A stretch of 52,628 nt of DNA from a bacterium (GTDB lineage: Bacteria; Bdellovibrionota_C; UBA2361; RFPC01), in NCBI GenBank assembly GCA_022763385.1, contig JALEGQ010000105.1:1-52628 (forward strand), given 5' to 3'. Of the stretch, positions 43,657-52,628 are shown in pieces (the stretch's first letter is position 1; every line of letters starts with the position of its first letter). A program made the position numbers and the translations under genes. The notes under the pieces were generated by a model. It was not told where the DNA came from. It saw nothing but the letters and a program-made list of their open reading frames with translations, and did no database searches.

Positions 43657-44655
43657 TCACTCGGTATCAACCGTCTCTGAAGAGGCACTCTCTTCTGCTA
43701 CCTCCTCTTCTTCTTCTGGCGTTTCTTCGATCAAAGAGTTACGAGTGACATCTTTCATCTTCTCTGCTTGAAAGCCAGAGACCTTGAAGAAGTATGGTTC
43801 TCCAGAAACCTGGAGAACGTAGTGTGTTTCCTCCTCTGGCTTTCCGAAGGCGAAGGTCTGTTCCCTTTCGTCGGTAGTCTTCACCGTATACTGAAACGCA
43901 GGAGTTGTTAGGTTATACCCCTCTTCGGCTTCTGTCCCGAGAACGTCCAGATAGCTGACTTTGAGAGCTTCCTGAAAGAGCTTTCCGATCTCGTCTTTCT
44001 TCGGCTGCTCTTGTTCCGTAATTCCTTCAATCACGATGTCACCACTCGCCGGGTCACGGTTGAGGGTAACGTCGGAAAAGACGATCTGTGCTACCTCTTC
44101 TGGTTGGAGCTCCAGGTATGTCCGGTCAATCCAGCTCCGCTCCTTTCCCTGAAGCTCTACGGCGTTATAGGCAAGCGCATAGGAGGTATCTGAGTTGCTC
44201 TTTCGAGCGTATACCTTTTTGAAGGCGGGGGAAGAGCCGAGATAGATCTCTTCAAGCGGTTTTTCCCCTTGGAGGAGAGTAACCCGAGTCTTGAAATTGT
44301 CTTCGCCCACCTCAAACTGCTTCGCCGCCTGCTCGGTTGAACCAGCAGGGTACGGAATTTTGATCGAGAGGAGGTCGCTCTGGAGTGCGTCGACCTTATC
44401 TCGCGCAGCGGGAAAGTTGTAGTAATCCGGGAGGAGCCACTTGCCCTCCTTTTTTGCGAGACGAAGTTCTCGGTTCTCCTCTTCATCACCTTGCTGAACG
44501 GTGATAGTGATGGCGTCCACTTCTTGAAGCGTTACCTCAGAGAGTGGCGTTTCACTCGTAAATACGGCGAGCTCTTCGTCTGAAGAGAATGAGAACAGAG
44601 CGGCAACGATCTGAACGACGAGGAGTATGGAGAGAAGGCGAATAGTACTTTTCAT
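43657..44655 (-). CDS. DUF4340-like periplasmic protein, accessory to the GldG-type ABC system
   Basis: It has a signal-anchor and occupies the last position of the ABC operon. The repeat-like beta-rich sequence is typical of DUF4340, from memory. Confidence 0.55.
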   Translation of the reverse strand: MKSTIRLLSILLVVQIVAALFSFSSDEELAVFTSETPLSEVTLQEVDAITITVQQGDEEENRELRLAKKEGKWLLPDYYNFPAARDKVDALQSDLLSIKIPYPAGSTEQAAKQFEVGEDNFKTRVTLLQGEKPLEEIYLGSSPAFKKVYARKSNSDTSYALAYNAVELQGKERSWIDRTYLELQPEEVAQIVFSDVTLNRDPASGDIVIEGITEQEQPKKDEIGKLFQEALKVSYLDVLGTEAEEGYNLTTPAFQYTVKTTDEREQTFAFGKPEEETHYVLQVSGEPYFFKVSGFQAEKMKDVTRNSLIEETPEEEEEVAEESASSETVDTE

Positions 44656-44672
44656 AGTAGTTACAATCTCCT

Positions 44673-47588
44673 TTACGCAGAAAAAGACTCAACGAGTGAT
44701 CGGTGAGAGGCAGTTCGGCGCTGATTTATAATTCCTGAAGCAATAAAGACGAGGAGCAACAGGAGGAGCGCGGCAACATAATTTCCGTACTCCCATGTCA
44801 ATTGTTGAGCTCGTTCCAGTGGATACAGGGTGCGAGAGAAGTGGCCTCGCCCCCGAATTGAGAGAAGTCCCCGATCTTCAAGCGCCCAATCGGCTGCGTT
44901 CTGGAGGAGCTGAAGTGAGTTCAGGTACCGCGAGGTGCCTCCAGATGCCGATATCTGAAGCGTCTGGTCGGTGAGGAATTCATTCGAAGCAAAGAGGATA
45001 AGTCGCGCCGACTCGGGGCTCTTTTCGATGACGGTGCTGATGGTGTCATCTTGCTCCGGTTCTTCTTCGCCTTCTCCACCCTCTTCTTCTTCGCGAACGA
45101 GGAGCGGAGACTCTTCGCCAGTATAGAGAGATGAGAAGCTTCCTTCCACGACAACGGCGAGGGTGTGGGGCGCTCGTGGTTTTTTCGGCGAGGGAAAGCC
45201 ACTCGGTCCGTATCGTTCAAAGTCAGGAACGACAGAGGTGAGTTCTGCCGTCCAGGACTGTTCCGAGCTTTTTAACAGCTCTGTGAGCGAAAATTCTTGC
45301 GTCTTTTCGTCATCGAGGACAATTGGCGAGGCCCAATTCATCGTCATCTGAGTTATCCCCGAAGTGATCAGGGTGTCCTCATTCATGCCGTCAGCGCGAA
45401 CGTCCACGAAGAGCGGGTAGGGGACCTTCTGGATCTCTTGAACCCGAAATCCAGCGATCTCTCGTTGGACCGGAATGGGATAGCTCTCGTTCTGCGGATC
45501 CAGTACGAGCTCGCTCTCGAAAGAGAGTCCTTTCTCCTTCAACCACTCCTCAAGACCTGATTCACGGTTTTCTACCTGCAGAGCAGTTTGAGTTCGCGTT
45601 ACCTCAAACGGAGAGGTGGCGAGCAAGACGCTGCCTCCCTTCATGAGGAATTGGTCGATGGCAAAGAGCTCTTTTTCTTCGAGTTGCTTTGGGGCGAGGA
45701 CGAAGAGCAGATCAATCTCGTTTTCGATGACGCCATTCTTCGCGTCAACGGTCTCTACCTGATAGTCCTCCTGGAGCTTCGCTTGGAGCACGGAGAAATT
45801 CTTATTCCCCTGGGCGGCTTGTGGATTAAACTGGCTCATCGGATCTACTGCTGGAGCGATAACTCCGATGGTCTTCAAAAATCCGGGAGAGAGCCGCTTG
45901 AGAGCTGCCTCCACCGAGCGCTTGGCCGCCTCGGGGGTGAGCTCTTCCGGAATCGAGACGGGCACTATCCGATCTTCCAACCGCAGCAGTGGCGAAAAGT
46001 AAAACGGCTCCGGAGAGAAGAGGGTTCGGACTGGGGTAATTCCATACTGGTCTCTGAGCTGCACCTGCAGCGCTTCTCCTCCCTCTTCAGGTGCCGTCAT
46101 CTGGATCTGAAACTTCCCATCGGCAAGTATGCTCAGCTCGTTGAGTGACTCATTCAGAGCGGTGAGGTACTGCTGAAGGTTCTCGGGAAGCCGTTCTTTG
46201 TCAGAGATGTACCCGAGAAACTCCACCGGCTTTGGAAGTGAGTCAAAGAGCGCTTCTGTCGTCTGGAATCCGTAGACGACCTTTTTGATAGATCGGGTGA
46301 TATCGTACTCTGGATTTCGGAGGCGTACATCGATCTCAGAGTCGCCAGAGACCTTCACATCAATAAGCTCCTGAAAGTTGATGACCTCATACTTGTCGCC
46401 GTAGAGTACGAGGAGGTCAAAGTAGGAGTTTACCAGCGATACGTCGTACTTGTTCGATATCTGAAACGGTACCGGCTTGATGCCGTACTTCTGATTCGCT
46501 TCTTGCTCGAGTTCGGGGTTCTCTCGCGGGTCAACAAACTCCGCTCTCACCCGGCCATCGCTCACGACTTCGTATTCTCGGAGAAGGTCTCGGATCTGTG
46601 GAACGAGTGGGGCGAGGAGGGGGTGAGTTTTTTCGCTGAAGTAGCCTCGAATGAGGAGCGGCTCGCGGAGCTGTTCTAGGTAGTTCTTTGATGCGCCCGA
46701 AATGGAGTACATCTGATTTTTGGTGAGATCAACCCGTGCCGAGTTGATGTCGTGCAGCCAGAAGTTGGCAATGAGGAAGTTGGCAACGCACAGTGCGGTA
46801 AGGGTTTTCCAAAGAGTCGCCGAGTTCTGTTTCGAAGTTCCCTGGCTTTCACCTCCCGTCCGGCTCTTCTCCCAGCGGAGCCGTTCCAGGGCATAGATGT
46901 TGAGAGAGAGAAAGATTCCAGTGATGCTGAGGTAGTAAAAGAGGTCTCGGAGATCGAGCACTCCTCGGGTGATCGATTCAAATCGAGATCCGCTTCCGAG
47001 GAGCTGAAGGGTGCCGACGAGATCATTCCCGAAGAGCGGAACAAGAAGAGAAGAGCCGAGAAGGTAGAGCACGAGGCAGAGAATTACCGTGGTCATAAGA
47101 CTGACGATCTGATTCTCGTTCCGGGCACTCACAAAGAGCCCTATCGAGATATAGGCGGCAGCCAGACAGATGCTCGCCACGTAGCCCCCAAGGACCGGTC
47201 CCCAATCGAGTAGGCCCATTTGAGCAACGGTAATCGGCAGGGGAAGGGTGAGTGCAAGGGCGATAATCACGAGCGCTAGGCAGGCGCACATCTTTCCGAA
47301 AACGAGCTGTGCGGTAGAAACGGGAAGAGTCATGAGGAACTCAACCGTGCCCGCACGACGCTCCTCACTCCACATTTTCATGGTGAGAGCGCTGACGAGG
47401 AAGATGAGAAGCAGTGGCATCCACTGAAAGAGCGGCCGGACGTCAGCGATATTCCGGGCGAAGAACTGTGATACCCAGAAGAAGAGGAAGAGGTTGATAG
47501 TGAGAAAGCCCCCCAGGAAGAGAAACGCAACAGGTGATGAAAAGTAGCTTGAGAGCTCTTTCTGTGCGATGCGGACTACCTTACTCAT
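44673..47588 (-). CDS. Fusion protein: ABC-2-type permease (GldF-like) plus GldG-like auxiliary domain with a C-terminal TM anchor
   Basis: The first ~240 aa are a 6-TM ABC-2 permease. GldG-type blocks follow (DLTKNQMYSISGASKNYLEQLREPLLIRGYFS...EFVDP). Confidence 0.7.
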   Translation of the reverse strand: MSKVVRIAQKELSSYFSSPVAFLFLGGFLTINLFLFFWVSQFFARNIADVRPLFQWMPLLLIFLVSALTMKMWSEERRAGTVEFLMTLPVSTAQLVFGKMCACLALVIIALALTLPLPITVAQMGLLDWGPVLGGYVASICLAAAYISIGLFVSARNENQIVSLMTTVILCLVLYLLGSSLLVPLFGNDLVGTLQLLGSGSRFESITRGVLDLRDLFYYLSITGIFLSLNIYALERLRWEKSRTGGESQGTSKQNSATLWKTLTALCVANFLIANFWLHDINSARVDLTKNQMYSISGASKNYLEQLREPLLIRGYFSEKTHPLLAPLVPQIRDLLREYEVVSDGRVRAEFVDPRENPELEQEANQKYGIKPVPFQISNKYDVSLVNSYFDLLVLYGDKYEVINFQELIDVKVSGDSEIDVRLRNPEYDITRSIKKVVYGFQTTEALFDSLPKPVEFLGYISDKERLPENLQQYLTALNESLNELSILADGKFQIQMTAPEEGGEALQVQLRDQYGITPVRTLFSPEPFYFSPLLRLEDRIVPVSIPEELTPEAAKRSVEAALKRLSPGFLKTIGVIAPAVDPMSQFNPQAAQGNKNFSVLQAKLQEDYQVETVDAKNGVIENEIDLLFVLAPKQLEEKELFAIDQFLMKGGSVLLATSPFEVTRTQTALQVENRESGLEEWLKEKGLSFESELVLDPQNESYPIPVQREIAGFRVQEIQKVPYPLFVDVRADGMNEDTLITSGITQMTMNWASPIVLDDEKTQEFSLTELLKSSEQSWTAELTSVVPDFERYGPSGFPSPKKPRAPHTLAVVVEGSFSSLYTGEESPLLVREEEEGGEGEEEPEQDDTISTVIEKSPESARLILFASNEFLTDQTLQISASGGTSRYLNSLQLLQNAADWALEDRGLLSIRGRGHFSRTLYPLERAQQLTWEYGNYVAALLLLLLVFIASGIINQRRTASHRSLVESFSA

Positions 47589-47644
47589 GTGTGCTCCTTA
47601 AAATTTTCTGTCTCTATTCACTATGTTTTCGTTCGCCTTCACTG

Positions 47645-48586
47645 CTACAGCGCTGAAACTTCACGGAATACCGTTTCGAGATTTCGTTCTTCTTTGCGAA
47701 AGCCGTAGAGATTCTCTCCCTTCTCGATAAAGGTTTTCGTGATCTCTGCAGGGCTTACCGTTGTGTCATCGCTGAGCGAGAGTTGATAGAGTGCTGGAGA
47801 AGAGACGGAAGAGGATTTTCCCGCTTCTTGAGTGACCTGTCGAATCTCTTTTACCGAAGGAATCCCAGCGAGGGCTGACTGTACCTTTACGAGTGGGGCG
47901 TCGGTCTCGAGGAGGTATTGATTCTTCTCTGAGAGCTCTTCGAGCGAGGCATCGAGCACAAGTTTTCCCTGCGAGATAACGAGCACTCTGTCGCAGACCG
48001 CTTCAACTTCTTGAAGGATATGGGTGGAGAGAATAACGGTCGAGCGTTCGCTGAGTTCGCGGATGAGTGAACGCATCTCCTGAATCTGAGCGGGATCGAG
48101 TCCATTGGTCGGTTCATCGAGGATTAAGATTTCTGGCTCATGGAGCACGGCCTGTGCAACTCCGACTCGTTGGCGATACCCTCGAGAGAGGGTGCTGATG
48201 AGGCTTGTGGCCTTGGGCTCGAGCTGGGTGCGCTGGATAGCCCGCCGTAGTACCTCGTCCTTCTTTGACTCAGGAATGTCTCGGAGCTCGGCGACGTAGG
48301 CGAGATAATCGATGACGGTCATCTCGGGGTAAATTGGAGAGTTCTCTGGGAGGTAGCCAATTTTCTGTTGTACCTCGAGCCGGTGTTGAGCGGTGTCCAG
48401 GGTGTCCACCTGAGCGCTCCCGCTGGAGGGTTCCAGATATCCGGTGAGCATCTTCATGATAGTGGTCTTGCCCGCCCCATTATGGCCGAGCAGGCCGACG
48501 ACACTCCCCCGAGGAATCACAAACGAAACCTGGTCCACAGCGACAAAATCACCGTAATTTCTTGAGAGATTTTGAGCAGTTATCAT
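47645..48586 (-). CDS. ABC transporter ATP-binding protein (GldA-like)
   Basis: Walker A GHNGAGKTT, signature LSRGYRQR, Walker B ILILDEP. The ATG at 48586 gives a canonical N-terminus (MITAQNLSRNYG). Confidence 0.85.
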   Translation of the reverse strand: MITAQNLSRNYGDFVAVDQVSFVIPRGSVVGLLGHNGAGKTTIMKMLTGYLEPSSGSAQVDTLDTAQHRLEVQQKIGYLPENSPIYPEMTVIDYLAYVAELRDIPESKKDEVLRRAIQRTQLEPKATSLISTLSRGYRQRVGVAQAVLHEPEILILDEPTNGLDPAQIQEMRSLIRELSERSTVILSTHILQEVEAVCDRVLVISQGKLVLDASLEELSEKNQYLLETDAPLVKVQSALAGIPSVKEIRQVTQEAGKSSSVSSPALYQLSLSDDTTVSPAEITKTFIEKGENLYGFRKEERNLETVFREVSAL

Positions 48587-48742
48587 AGTATGCGCACCCT
48601 TTCTTGAACTTGACCCGTGCTGACAGTCTCCTCTTATAAGTTCATCAGCCCCCTGATTCAACCTCCTCAGAGAAAATCGTGCAACTCGACCCTCTGCGGT
48701 GCGCGTGTTACCCTCTCGGCTCTCGGGGAGATGGGGAAGGTC

Positions 48743-49591
48743 ATGATTGAACACTTTGGGGCACACGTTTCGGTTGCCGGGGGATTTGAGAACGGGATTA
48801 AGAATGCCGAGGAGCTCGGCGTTACCGCGATCCAGGTCCATCCCTCTCCTCCTCAGCGATGGAACCGCAAGGCCTACCCAGCTGGGTACGAAGATGCCTT
48901 CCTGGAGGCGCAGAAGAACTCCTCCGTGGCGCGGGTTTTCTTCCACGCTATTTATCTCGTCAATCTCGTTACCCCAGATCCAGAGAAACTCGAGAAGGCG
49001 AAGGACTCACTCTGTCACTACCTTGACCTCGCAGACCGGATTAACGGGGCCGGGGTTATCGTGCACGTCGGCAGTCTCAAGGACGAGCCGGATGAGATGA
49101 AGGGGTATCGCCGAGCCGCGGCGGCCATCGATGAGATCTTCTCTCGGACGCCAGGGAAGGCTCGACTGATCCTTGAGGTGGCCGCTGGGGCTGGTCGCGT
49201 CGTGGGCTCTCGCACGAAAGAGCTGAGCACGATCTTCAGCGAGGTAAAAGACACGGAACGGCTCGGCTTTGGCCTCGACACCCAGCATATGTGGGCGAGT
49301 GGCTACGATTTCCAGAACAACCTCGACGATATCATGGAGGAGATCGAACAGGAGTTCACCTTCGACAAGGTGTGGTGCGTACACCTCAATGACAGCAAGA
49401 CCGAACTGGCGAGCAAGAAGGATCGCCATGAGAATATCGGTGAGGGGCTCATTGGCGAGGAGGCCCTGACTGCTTTTCTCTCCCGAGAGGAGCTCGCTCC
49501 CATCCCCGTGATTTTGGAAACGCCAGCGCTCAAGGAGATGGAGACGGCCAAGGCAGAGGTAGATCACCTCCGTGCTCTTCTCCGTCCATAA
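48743..49591 (+). CDS. nfo: Deoxyribonuclease IV (endonuclease IV, AP endonuclease family 2)
   Basis: FGAHVSVAGG...IQVHPSPPQ...VHVGS...VHLNDSK...ILETP metal-ligand blocks. The start may be ATG 48743 or 48731. Confidence 0.85.
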   Translation: MIEHFGAHVSVAGGFENGIKNAEELGVTAIQVHPSPPQRWNRKAYPAGYEDAFLEAQKNSSVARVFFHAIYLVNLVTPDPEKLEKAKDSLCHYLDLADRINGAGVIVHVGSLKDEPDEMKGYRRAAAAIDEIFSRTPGKARLILEVAAGAGRVVGSRTKELSTIFSEVKDTERLGFGLDTQHMWASGYDFQNNLDDIMEEIEQEFTFDKVWCVHLNDSKTELASKKDRHENIGEGLIGEEALTAFLSREELAPIPVILETPALKEMETAKAEVDHLRALLRP

Positions 49592-49748
49592 TCCTCTTGT
49601 CTGTCAAAATCCTGACCATTTTGCGGTCCTGAAGCCGGATTTATTTTCTATCCTATTCATATTGCTCATGTTTTCTGTAAGGCACTTCTGAGCATGCCTC
49701 TTGCAATGGTGTTGCTGAGGAACGTTCACGTGTCACGGAAACGTCATT

Positions 49749-50159
49749 ATGAGCTTTATTAAATCGATCTTTGATAAGAATACGACCGCACTCGAACAGG
49801 CGATGAACCTCTATCACAAGAGGAACAACGCCCTGACGAGCAATCTCGCAAACATCGAAACCCCACAGTATCGGGCAGTTGATCTCGACTTTAAGGCCGA
49901 GCTGAACCGAGCTTTCGAGCCAGAGGCTCGTGGTGCACTGCGAAAGACCGATGACCAACATATGGATCTCGCCCGAGAGGGGAAGGCTCACTTTGTTCCC
50001 GACTACACCGGGATGACGAAGGGGGACGGGAACAACGTTGATCTCGATATTCAGATGGGAAAGCTCACCCATAACTCTGGAAAGTACTCAACGGCTGCGG
50101 CTGTGGTGCGAAAGAAGATGCAGATGCTCCGTTTCGCAATCCAGCAGGCTTCACGATAA
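49749..50159 (+). CDS. flgB: Flagellar basal-body rod protein FlgB
   Basis: NLANIETPQYRAVDLDF motif and its position before flgC. Confidence 0.85.
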   Translation: MSFIKSIFDKNTTALEQAMNLYHKRNNALTSNLANIETPQYRAVDLDFKAELNRAFEPEARGALRKTDDQHMDLAREGKAHFVPDYTGMTKGDGNNVDLDIQMGKLTHNSGKYSTAAAVVRKKMQMLRFAIQQASR

Positions 50160-50171
50160 GGAGAACGGCTC

Positions 50172-50588
50172 ATGTATAAGGCGATTGAAGCACTTTCTTC
50201 AGGACTCAGCGTCGCTCGTATGCGGGTGAATGTACTCGCATCAAATATCGCGAACGCCGAAACCACTCGTACTGATGAAGGGGGTCCATACAAAAAGCGG
50301 ATGGTTGTCCAGGTCGCGCAACCATTCACTGATGTCCTTGATGACGTTACCCTCGCAAAGCCTGAAGTAAAAGCGGTACTCGAGGATACGAAAGCACCGA
50401 AGACCGTCTATCAACCGGGACACCCCGATGCGAACGAAGACGGATACGTCGAATATCCGAATATCAATGTCGTTGCTGAGATGACGGAGTTAATGTCGGC
50501 AAGTCGAGCCTACGAAGCGGCCACCGCAGCGATTCGGACCGCGAAAGAGATGGCAGAGAAGGGAGCAAGCATTGCAGGCAGATTCTAA
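50172..50588 (+). CDS. flgC: Flagellar basal-body rod protein FlgC
   Basis: ASNIANAETTRT...GPYKKR...YPNINVVAEMTELMSASRAYEA. Confidence 0.9.
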   Translation: MYKAIEALSSGLSVARMRVNVLASNIANAETTRTDEGGPYKKRMVVQVAQPFTDVLDDVTLAKPEVKAVLEDTKAPKTVYQPGHPDANEDGYVEYPNINVVAEMTELMSASRAYEAATAAIRTAKEMAEKGASIAGRF

Positions 50589-50612
50589 AGTAAAAGAAGA
50601 AAGAGTGACGTT

Positions 50613-50951
50613 ATGGCGATAGATAAGATACCAACTTCAATACCGACCCTCCGCTCGCTCCAGAGCTATGAGCAGATTCAGAACGCTGGAGAGAGCAATA
50701 AGAGTAGCCAGGTTGGAGACGCGCAAAAAGCGGGAGGATTCGCGAATGTTCTCGGTGATGCACTGAAAGAAGTCGATTCTCTTCAGAAAGACGCAGACAA
50801 CAAGATCGAAGGGATGATCCTCGGGAAGGGCGTAAAAACGCACGAAGCGATGATCGCTCTCGAGAAGGCTGATGTCGCCTTCAAACTCATGAACAATATT
50901 CGAATGCGTATTACTCGAGCCTATGAAGAGGTCATGAGAACGCAGATCTAA
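50613..50951 (+). CDS. fliE: Flagellar hook-basal body complex protein FliE
   Basis: FANVLGDALKEVDSLQKDAD...HEAMIALEKADVAFKLMNNIRMRITRAYEEVMRTQI. Confidence 0.85.
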   Translation: MAIDKIPTSIPTLRSLQSYEQIQNAGESNKSSQVGDAQKAGGFANVLGDALKEVDSLQKDADNKIEGMILGKGVKTHEAMIALEKADVAFKLMNNIRMRITRAYEEVMRTQI

Positions 50952-50996
50952 CGGGCGAGCTGGATAACGAGATATCTGTAAAGAGGGGAGTGAGGA

Positions 50997-52628
50997 GTGG
51001 CTTCAAGTATTGATCCAAGTGCGATTCTCGGTCAGCTAACGGAGAGCTATCTTAAGCTCCCCCTGACCCAGAAGATTCTCTTTCCTGTGCTGATCGTCGC
51101 CTCCATCTCAGGGATTATCTTCGTCTCAAAGTGGGCCAATCAACCTGAATACGTCACCCTCTTTTCTGACCTCGAGCCGGCAGATTCTGCGGCGGTGATC
51201 GAGCGGTTAAAAGACCTCAAGGTGAGCTATCAGGTTGAAGGTGGTGGTTCAATCGTCACGATTTCCCCTCCATCAATGGTCCACGAGCTCCGCATGACCC
51301 TTGCTGGGGAAGGGATCGTTCAGGGTGGTAAGGTTGGTCTTGAGATCTTTGAAGCAACGAATCTTGGGACGACGAGCTTTCAGGAGAAGGTGAAGTTTGT
51401 TCGCGCGATCCAGGGAGAGCTTGAGCGTACGATTGAGTCACTCGACGCCGTTCACGCTGCGCGCGTCCACGTCGCCCAACCGGAGAAGAGTGTCTTTGCG
51501 AACAAGAAAACGCAGGCTACCGCCTCCGTTATGTTACGACTTTCGGGACGATCTCCCCTCGAGAAGCAACAGATTAGCGGGATCGCACATCTCGTTGCTG
51601 GGAGTGTGGAAGGACTCTCCGTTGAGAATGTTACCATTCTTGATGCTAATGGCTCACTTCTCACGACTCCGGAAGATGAAGCTGGCGACCAGCTCCAGAT
51701 GGAAGCGACACGACTTGCCTATCAGCGTGAGATTGAGAAGGGGTATGTTCGTCGCATCGAACAGGTGCTCACAAAGGTGCTCGGTCCCGGGAAAGCGATC
51801 GCTCGGGTAACAGCAGATATGGATTTTACCCAGAGTGAACGAGAGGAAGAGACCTTTGATCCGGGTGGGCAGGTGCTTCGCTCTGAGCGGGTACTTCAAG
51901 AAGGAATTGGTGCTGCGCAACGGGGCGGAATACCCGGTGTCGTTTCCAACATCGCCGATGCTTCTCCAGATACCCTTGAAGGACCGAACGGCGAAACGAA
52001 TGCGCGTTCTGAGGAAGTACGAAACTTTGAGGTCTCACGGGCCGTCTCCCGCACTCGTTCTCCACAGGGGAGTCTTACGAGGATCTCTGTTGCCGTCGTT
52101 GTTGATGGAACGTATGACGTTACCGTTGCAGAAGATGGTACCGAGACAAAGACCTTTCAGAAGCTTCCCGTAGAGACCCTCGAACAGATCGAGAGTGTCG
52201 TGAAGAGTGCGGTTGGGTACGACCCATCACGGGGAGACTCGATCACCGTCGAGAATATCGGTTTCAATGCTCCGGCTGACAACTTTGTTGAGCAGATGGA
52301 CGCGAAAGCAACCCAAGATATGATCTTTAATGCTATCTTTCGCGCTGGGCCGGTTCTCTTTCTCGTGCTCTTTTTCTTCATCATTGTTCGCCCACTTGTT
52401 CGCTTTATCGTCACGCCGACTGAAGCAGAGCTCGATCTCGAGCGGCTCCTTCCAACGGGACTCAAAGAGCTTGAGCAAGAGCTCGATGCCGAACGAAATA
52501 AGCGGGGTGGGCTGCCGCAGTTTGAACAGTCGATTGACCTGGAGCAGCTTGAGGAGCTCATGGCAGAAAACTCACGTATCGTTCAAGAGAACCCGCATCA
52601 AGCGGCTCTCTTGATCCGCTACTGGCTC
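50997..52628 (+). CDS. fliF: Flagellar M-ring protein FliF (3'-partial, runs off the window)
   Basis: My own translation from GTG 50997 (GGGGAGTGAGGA upstream) is open for all 544 codons to the window end. Motifs seen are LFSDLEPADSAAVIERLKDLKVSYQV, RVHVAQPEKSVF and a C-terminal AALLIRYWL. It is absent from the ORF track because no stop lies in the window. Confidence 0.85.
   Translation, partial: MASSIDPSAILGQLTESYLKLPLTQKILFPVLIVASISGIIFVSKWANQPEYVTLFSDLEPADSAAVIERLKDLKVSYQVEGGGSIVTISPPSMVHELRMTLAGEGIVQGGKVGLEIFEATNLGTTSFQEKVKFVRAIQGELERTIESLDAVHAARVHVAQPEKSVFANKKTQATASVMLRLSGRSPLEKQQISGIAHLVAGSVEGLSVENVTILDANGSLLTTPEDEAGDQLQMEATRLAYQREIEKGYVRRIEQVLTKVLGPGKAIARVTADMDFTQSEREEETFDPGGQVLRSERVLQEGIGAAQRGGIPGVVSNIADASPDTLEGPNGETNARSEEVRNFEVSRAVSRTRSPQGSLTRISVAVVVDGTYDVTVAEDGTETKTFQKLPVETLEQIESVVKSAVGYDPSRGDSITVENIGFNAPADNFVEQMDAKATQDMIFNAIFRAGPVLFLVLFFFIIVRPLVRFIVTPTEAELDLERLLPTGLKELEQELDAERNKRGGLPQFEQSIDLEQLEELMAENSRIVQENPHQAALLIRYWL

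Noticed and set aside
49679-49705. A sigma-54-like GGCAC...GC element upstream of flgB (aaGGCACttctgaGCatgcc).
   Set aside because: The GG-to-GC offset is 11 nt, not 12. The downstream TTGCA is far too distant. No convincing sigma-28 element lies there either.

Overview
This 52.6-kb chromosomal window comes from a motile diderm bacterium. I cannot resolve the taxon by eye; GC looks moderate. About 45 genes are tightly packed. Contents from left to right:

1. **REP/RAYT locus (180-2477).** A RAYT-like HUH/Y1 transposase gene (441-1610, minus strand) is bracketed by copies of a 13-nt palindromic REP-like core, GGTGC-CAC-GCACC. The same core recurs at other gene boundaries across the window, eight copies in total.
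2. **Surface-glycan cluster (about 15 kb, 2449-17711).** It holds a Wzx-like flippase, a hexapeptide acetyltransferase, a GtrB/ArnC-like GT2, a class-II glutamine amidotransferase fused to an N-acetyl-sugar amidotransferase, an SDR epimerase/dehydratase, an ArnT/PMT-like GT-C, two paralogous long GT4 proteins flanking wecB, and a GT2-methyltransferase fusion.
3. **Injectisome-type (non-flagellar) T3SS-like module (about 8.5 kb, 17807-26306).** It holds a sigma-28-family sigma factor, an SctJ lipoprotein, an SctQ-like SpoA protein, a small needle/rod-like ORF, SctV, a TPR lipoprotein and an FHA protein. A 332-aa repeat protein without a signal peptide completes the module. Two promoter-like elements sharing an identically spaced 20-position motif (GGAAACTTTTT-N11-CGATAGAGA, sigma-28-like) precede the sigma gene and the needle-like/sctV unit.
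4. **A roughly 1,626-aa protein** with three GT4 modules and a long TPR tail, followed by a CgeB-like protein and a TPR protein.
5. **Housekeeping and assorted genes.** These are phnCDE, a HemN/HemW-like protein lacking the radical-SAM cysteine motif, an orphan fliN, an LMW phosphotyrosine phosphatase, a GT4, a GT2 and mnmC. They are followed by a GldA/GldF-GldG/DUF4340-type ABC operon (permease and GldG fused) and nfo.
6. **Start of a flagellar operon, flgB-flgC-fliE-fliF.** fliF is missing from the supplied ORF track because it starts with GTG at 50997 and runs off the window end.

My best candidate for something new is the sigma-28-linked partial injectisome module embedded between large glycosyltransferase blocks. 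No SctN, SctRSTU, SctC or full SctD is present in the window. It sits in a genome that also encodes a flagellum 24 kb away. No CRISPR array, rRNA or tRNA was seen. All family assignments come from motif reading and memory, not from searches.
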